Assembly (NCBI GenBank): GCA_965645245.1
Contig: OZ287083.1
Span: 248,001 to 312,000, forward strand
Reading direction: 5' to 3'
From: Massalongia carnosa
Taxonomy: Eukaryota
Length of the DNA stretch: 64,000 nt
Shown piece by piece: positions 61,613-64,000 of the stretch (the stretch's first letter is position 1; each line of letters opens with the position of its first letter). The translations under genes and the position numbers were made by a program. The notes under the pieces are model-generated. The model saw only the letters and a program-made list of their open reading frames with translations. It made no database searches and had not been told where the DNA came from.

Positions 61613-64000
61613 ATGGCGGAATGGAGAGCTCTCGGCTATGTTCCTGACTCGGATGAGGAAGATGATACTCAGCCATCTTTTCCCTGCGAGGGTCTCGGCT
61701 TACAGGAAGGTTTTCGTGACATTGATGAATTTGGGCAAGATGACGAGCAAGAGGGTGAACCTAAGGAGCATTTCGGCGGACCAGAAGGAACGGCTGATGG
61801 AAGGAAGGAGGTAGAAGGTAGAAATTCAGTCGAGCACCACAAGGATGAGGGCAAGGGGCACTTTAAATCTGCCTCGGAAGAGAATAAACCAGCACAATCT
61901 GCGGTTTTGGTAGTCCAGGACGAGGAGCTGCCAGACGGCACTCGGCCCATACCTGAATGTGACGATCTTGATGAAATTCAAGAGGGTCATTATATAGCAA
62001 CACCTATTAGGCGACCAGGAACTGAATGGCTTTTGGCTGTTGAAGTGGAGAAGATTCCCCGTTTGAGAACACCCCCCCCTCCAAAGCTTACTAGGCTACT
62101 AGAATCTATTGCCTCATCACCGCTAACGGAACTTTCTTCACTTACACCTACTGCACCGTCTTTAGCCGTCATAAGAGATGCGCAGCTCAGCCAGGGGGAA
62201 AACCTAGCTGGTCCAGGCTCTATACCATCGTTTAACCTGTTCAGCTCCATGGACGCAGATCCTGCACGCAAAAATACTCGCAATCTACGCCACCGAAATC
62301 CGATCCAGCTACACCCATATGTTATTGAGAGCGAAAAATATCGTCAGATCCTAAAGGCAAGGGGGATAAAACCGCTACGCATCGCTCAAATGCAAGAAAG
62401 CTTGGAAAGCCAAATGAAAGAGGGCTCTCAATTAGTCGAATCTGACGTGGATGAGGATAGCCAATTTCAGAGCAACGATATGGACTCGGAGTCTCCAATA
62501 AACTTATCGCCTCTTTGTTTCCATGAGCCACAAAACCCATCTCCGCCGTCTCAAAGCGAATCTGCTAACATAGAGGAGGATTTCCCTGATGTCCGTGAAC
62601 TTCTCCAGCACGGTCCTTCACACGTTGCAGTAGGAGGCACCAAACGAAGAAAAGTTGCACATACATTCTCTAAGAAGGAGTTAAGGCCTTCGGAGAAGAG
62701 ACAAAGGCCCTTAGCGCTAGAAACTCCACCTTTGAGCGCCACTGGCATAGTTGACGTTTTCACTTCACCTCTCCTGCCGGGAACGCTGACCCCGCGAGAG
62801 CAAAGTCCTCGTGCCGATCGAGGCTTTCGTGTCCCGTTTGGAGCATCAACAGCAGCTTTACCCACACCAGTGACCTCCTCGGAGCCTAGAGTTCGATCCT
62901 CTGTTAGGCCACACCAGAATGCGATTATGGTTGAGTCTAGCGCTGAATCAGCTGGTGAAAACGAGGATCCGATAGTATCAGCTGATGACTCTTCCGAGAA
63001 TGAGACAGGCCATCAATTAGAGCGTGTTCAACGTAAAATGCGAGGTGTACTTCCCGCTTCTTGGCTGAAACTCGATCTGAAAACTCAGAAAAAGAAGCCT
63101 GGCCGTGGTATAAGTACTCTGCAGAGCCTTTCTCCAGGGAAGCATATTGCGCAGCGAGGAGTCGCTAGACATGTTGTCATGCCGCAGGACAGGATTAGGA
63201 AAACTAATATCAGGAGAGAGGCCCCAATCATTGTATCTGACGACGAAGATTCGGATTCCAGCCACAACACCTTTACTAGAACTGCTTTTCTAGACGAATA
63301 TTTGCCTAAGGCCCACGAGTACAACAATAACTGTAATAACGACCACCAGATATTTGAAGATAATAGGGGAGAGGTGTTGGAGGATAACCGAGTTGATGAG
63401 ATGTTGCCCTCCACAAGACGCCAGAATCGTCAACCTAAAAAACGAAGGAAACAGCAGCTTCAATTACCACCAGGGGAACGAATCAAACCACGCTCTACCG
63501 CACCTGGTCATTTTTCACCCTCTCGAGTGAAGTTTCCCTACCAACCAAGGATTACAGATCATCTCAGAATGGGACAGACAGCAAAACCTAAATTTCGTCC
63601 ACCCAAGCTCAGTATCCTAGACGCTCCTACACAAACTAACACTACATACAAACCTCGGTTTCTGAAGATTGCTTCAAGAACAACACGCTCTAGGCTTGAC
63701 AAGGGCAGGCATAGTCCAACCCATAAGTACATCCGCTTGCCAACAAGGGAAGATACATATGACGCACGTGAAACTCTGCAAAATTGGCGTGAAGGAATTA
63801 TATTGCCAGCGAAAACGCCTTCTAATGGTTTTGCTACTATCAAAAACTCTAACCGGCAGCCATTGCATCCTCGATCTGGAAATGGCGACCCCCGCTCAAG
63901 TACTAGGGCTGGGCTGGGGTTTCGCGAAGGAGATTCATTGGGGGTCAAATCATTAAAGCGAAATACCCCTTCTACTAAAAACTTGAAAAGCCAGAGCCTT
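61613..64000 (+). CDS. MMS22: Mus7/MMS22-family DNA repair protein, 5' part; runs off window end
   Basis: Open frame from ATG 61613: MAEWRALGYVPDSDEED, RNLRHRNPIQLHPY and MRGVLPASWLKLD, recalled as motifs of Pezizomycotina Mus7/Mms22. It is absent from the ORF track because there is no stop in the window. Confidence 0.75.
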   Translation, partial: MAEWRALGYVPDSDEEDDTQPSFPCEGLGLQEGFRDIDEFGQDDEQEGEPKEHFGGPEGTADGRKEVEGRNSVEHHKDEGKGHFKSASEENKPAQSAVLVVQDEELPDGTRPIPECDDLDEIQEGHYIATPIRRPGTEWLLAVEVEKIPRLRTPPPPKLTRLLESIASSPLTELSSLTPTAPSLAVIRDAQLSQGENLAGPGSIPSFNLFSSMDADPARKNTRNLRHRNPIQLHPYVIESEKYRQILKARGIKPLRIAQMQESLESQMKEGSQLVESDVDEDSQFQSNDMDSESPINLSPLCFHEPQNPSPPSQSESANIEEDFPDVRELLQHGPSHVAVGGTKRRKVAHTFSKKELRPSEKRQRPLALETPPLSATGIVDVFTSPLLPGTLTPREQSPRADRGFRVPFGASTAALPTPVTSSEPRVRSSVRPHQNAIMVESSAESAGENEDPIVSADDSSENETGHQLERVQRKMRGVLPASWLKLDLKTQKKKPGRGISTLQSLSPGKHIAQRGVARHVVMPQDRIRKTNIRREAPIIVSDDEDSDSSHNTFTRTAFLDEYLPKAHEYNNNCNNDHQIFEDNRGEVLEDNRVDEMLPSTRRQNRQPKKRRKQQLQLPPGERIKPRSTAPGHFSPSRVKFPYQPRITDHLRMGQTAKPKFRPPKLSILDAPTQTNTTYKPRFLKIASRTTRSRLDKGRHSPTHKYIRLPTREDTYDARETLQNWREGIILPAKTPSNGFATIKNSNRQPLHPRSGNGDPRSSTRAGLGFREGDSLGVKSLKRNTPSTKNLKSQSL

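Overview
This is a gene-dense, intron-containing eukaryotic region from a filamentous ascomycete (Pezizomycotina). That assignment is inferred from short GT-AG introns with CTRAC branch points and from the gene families present. In order it holds: the 5' end of tryptophan synthase, a triple Zn2Cys6-like protein, an inactivated Tc1/mariner (DD34E) transposon with TIRs, an SSU1-like transporter, an HSL-type lipase, RXT3, BTN1, FBP26, a secreted protein whose hydrophobin-like 8-Cys domain appears only after splicing, ARG8 and SDH8 (divergent), a 44-bp minisatellite, a BTB protein, a histidine phosphatase, a GPI-anchored wall protein, TSC13, a dioxygenase-P450 fusion (ppoA-like), TOM1, a 70-aa spliced membrane microprotein and the 5' part of MMS22/Mus7. 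The most intriguing unexplained element is a ~1.6-kb apparently non-coding segment (about 59.4-61.05 kb). It has a TATA box and two nested long-range base-paired domains, and is a candidate large structured ncRNA of unknown identity. All exon boundaries were read by eye and no database searches were run.
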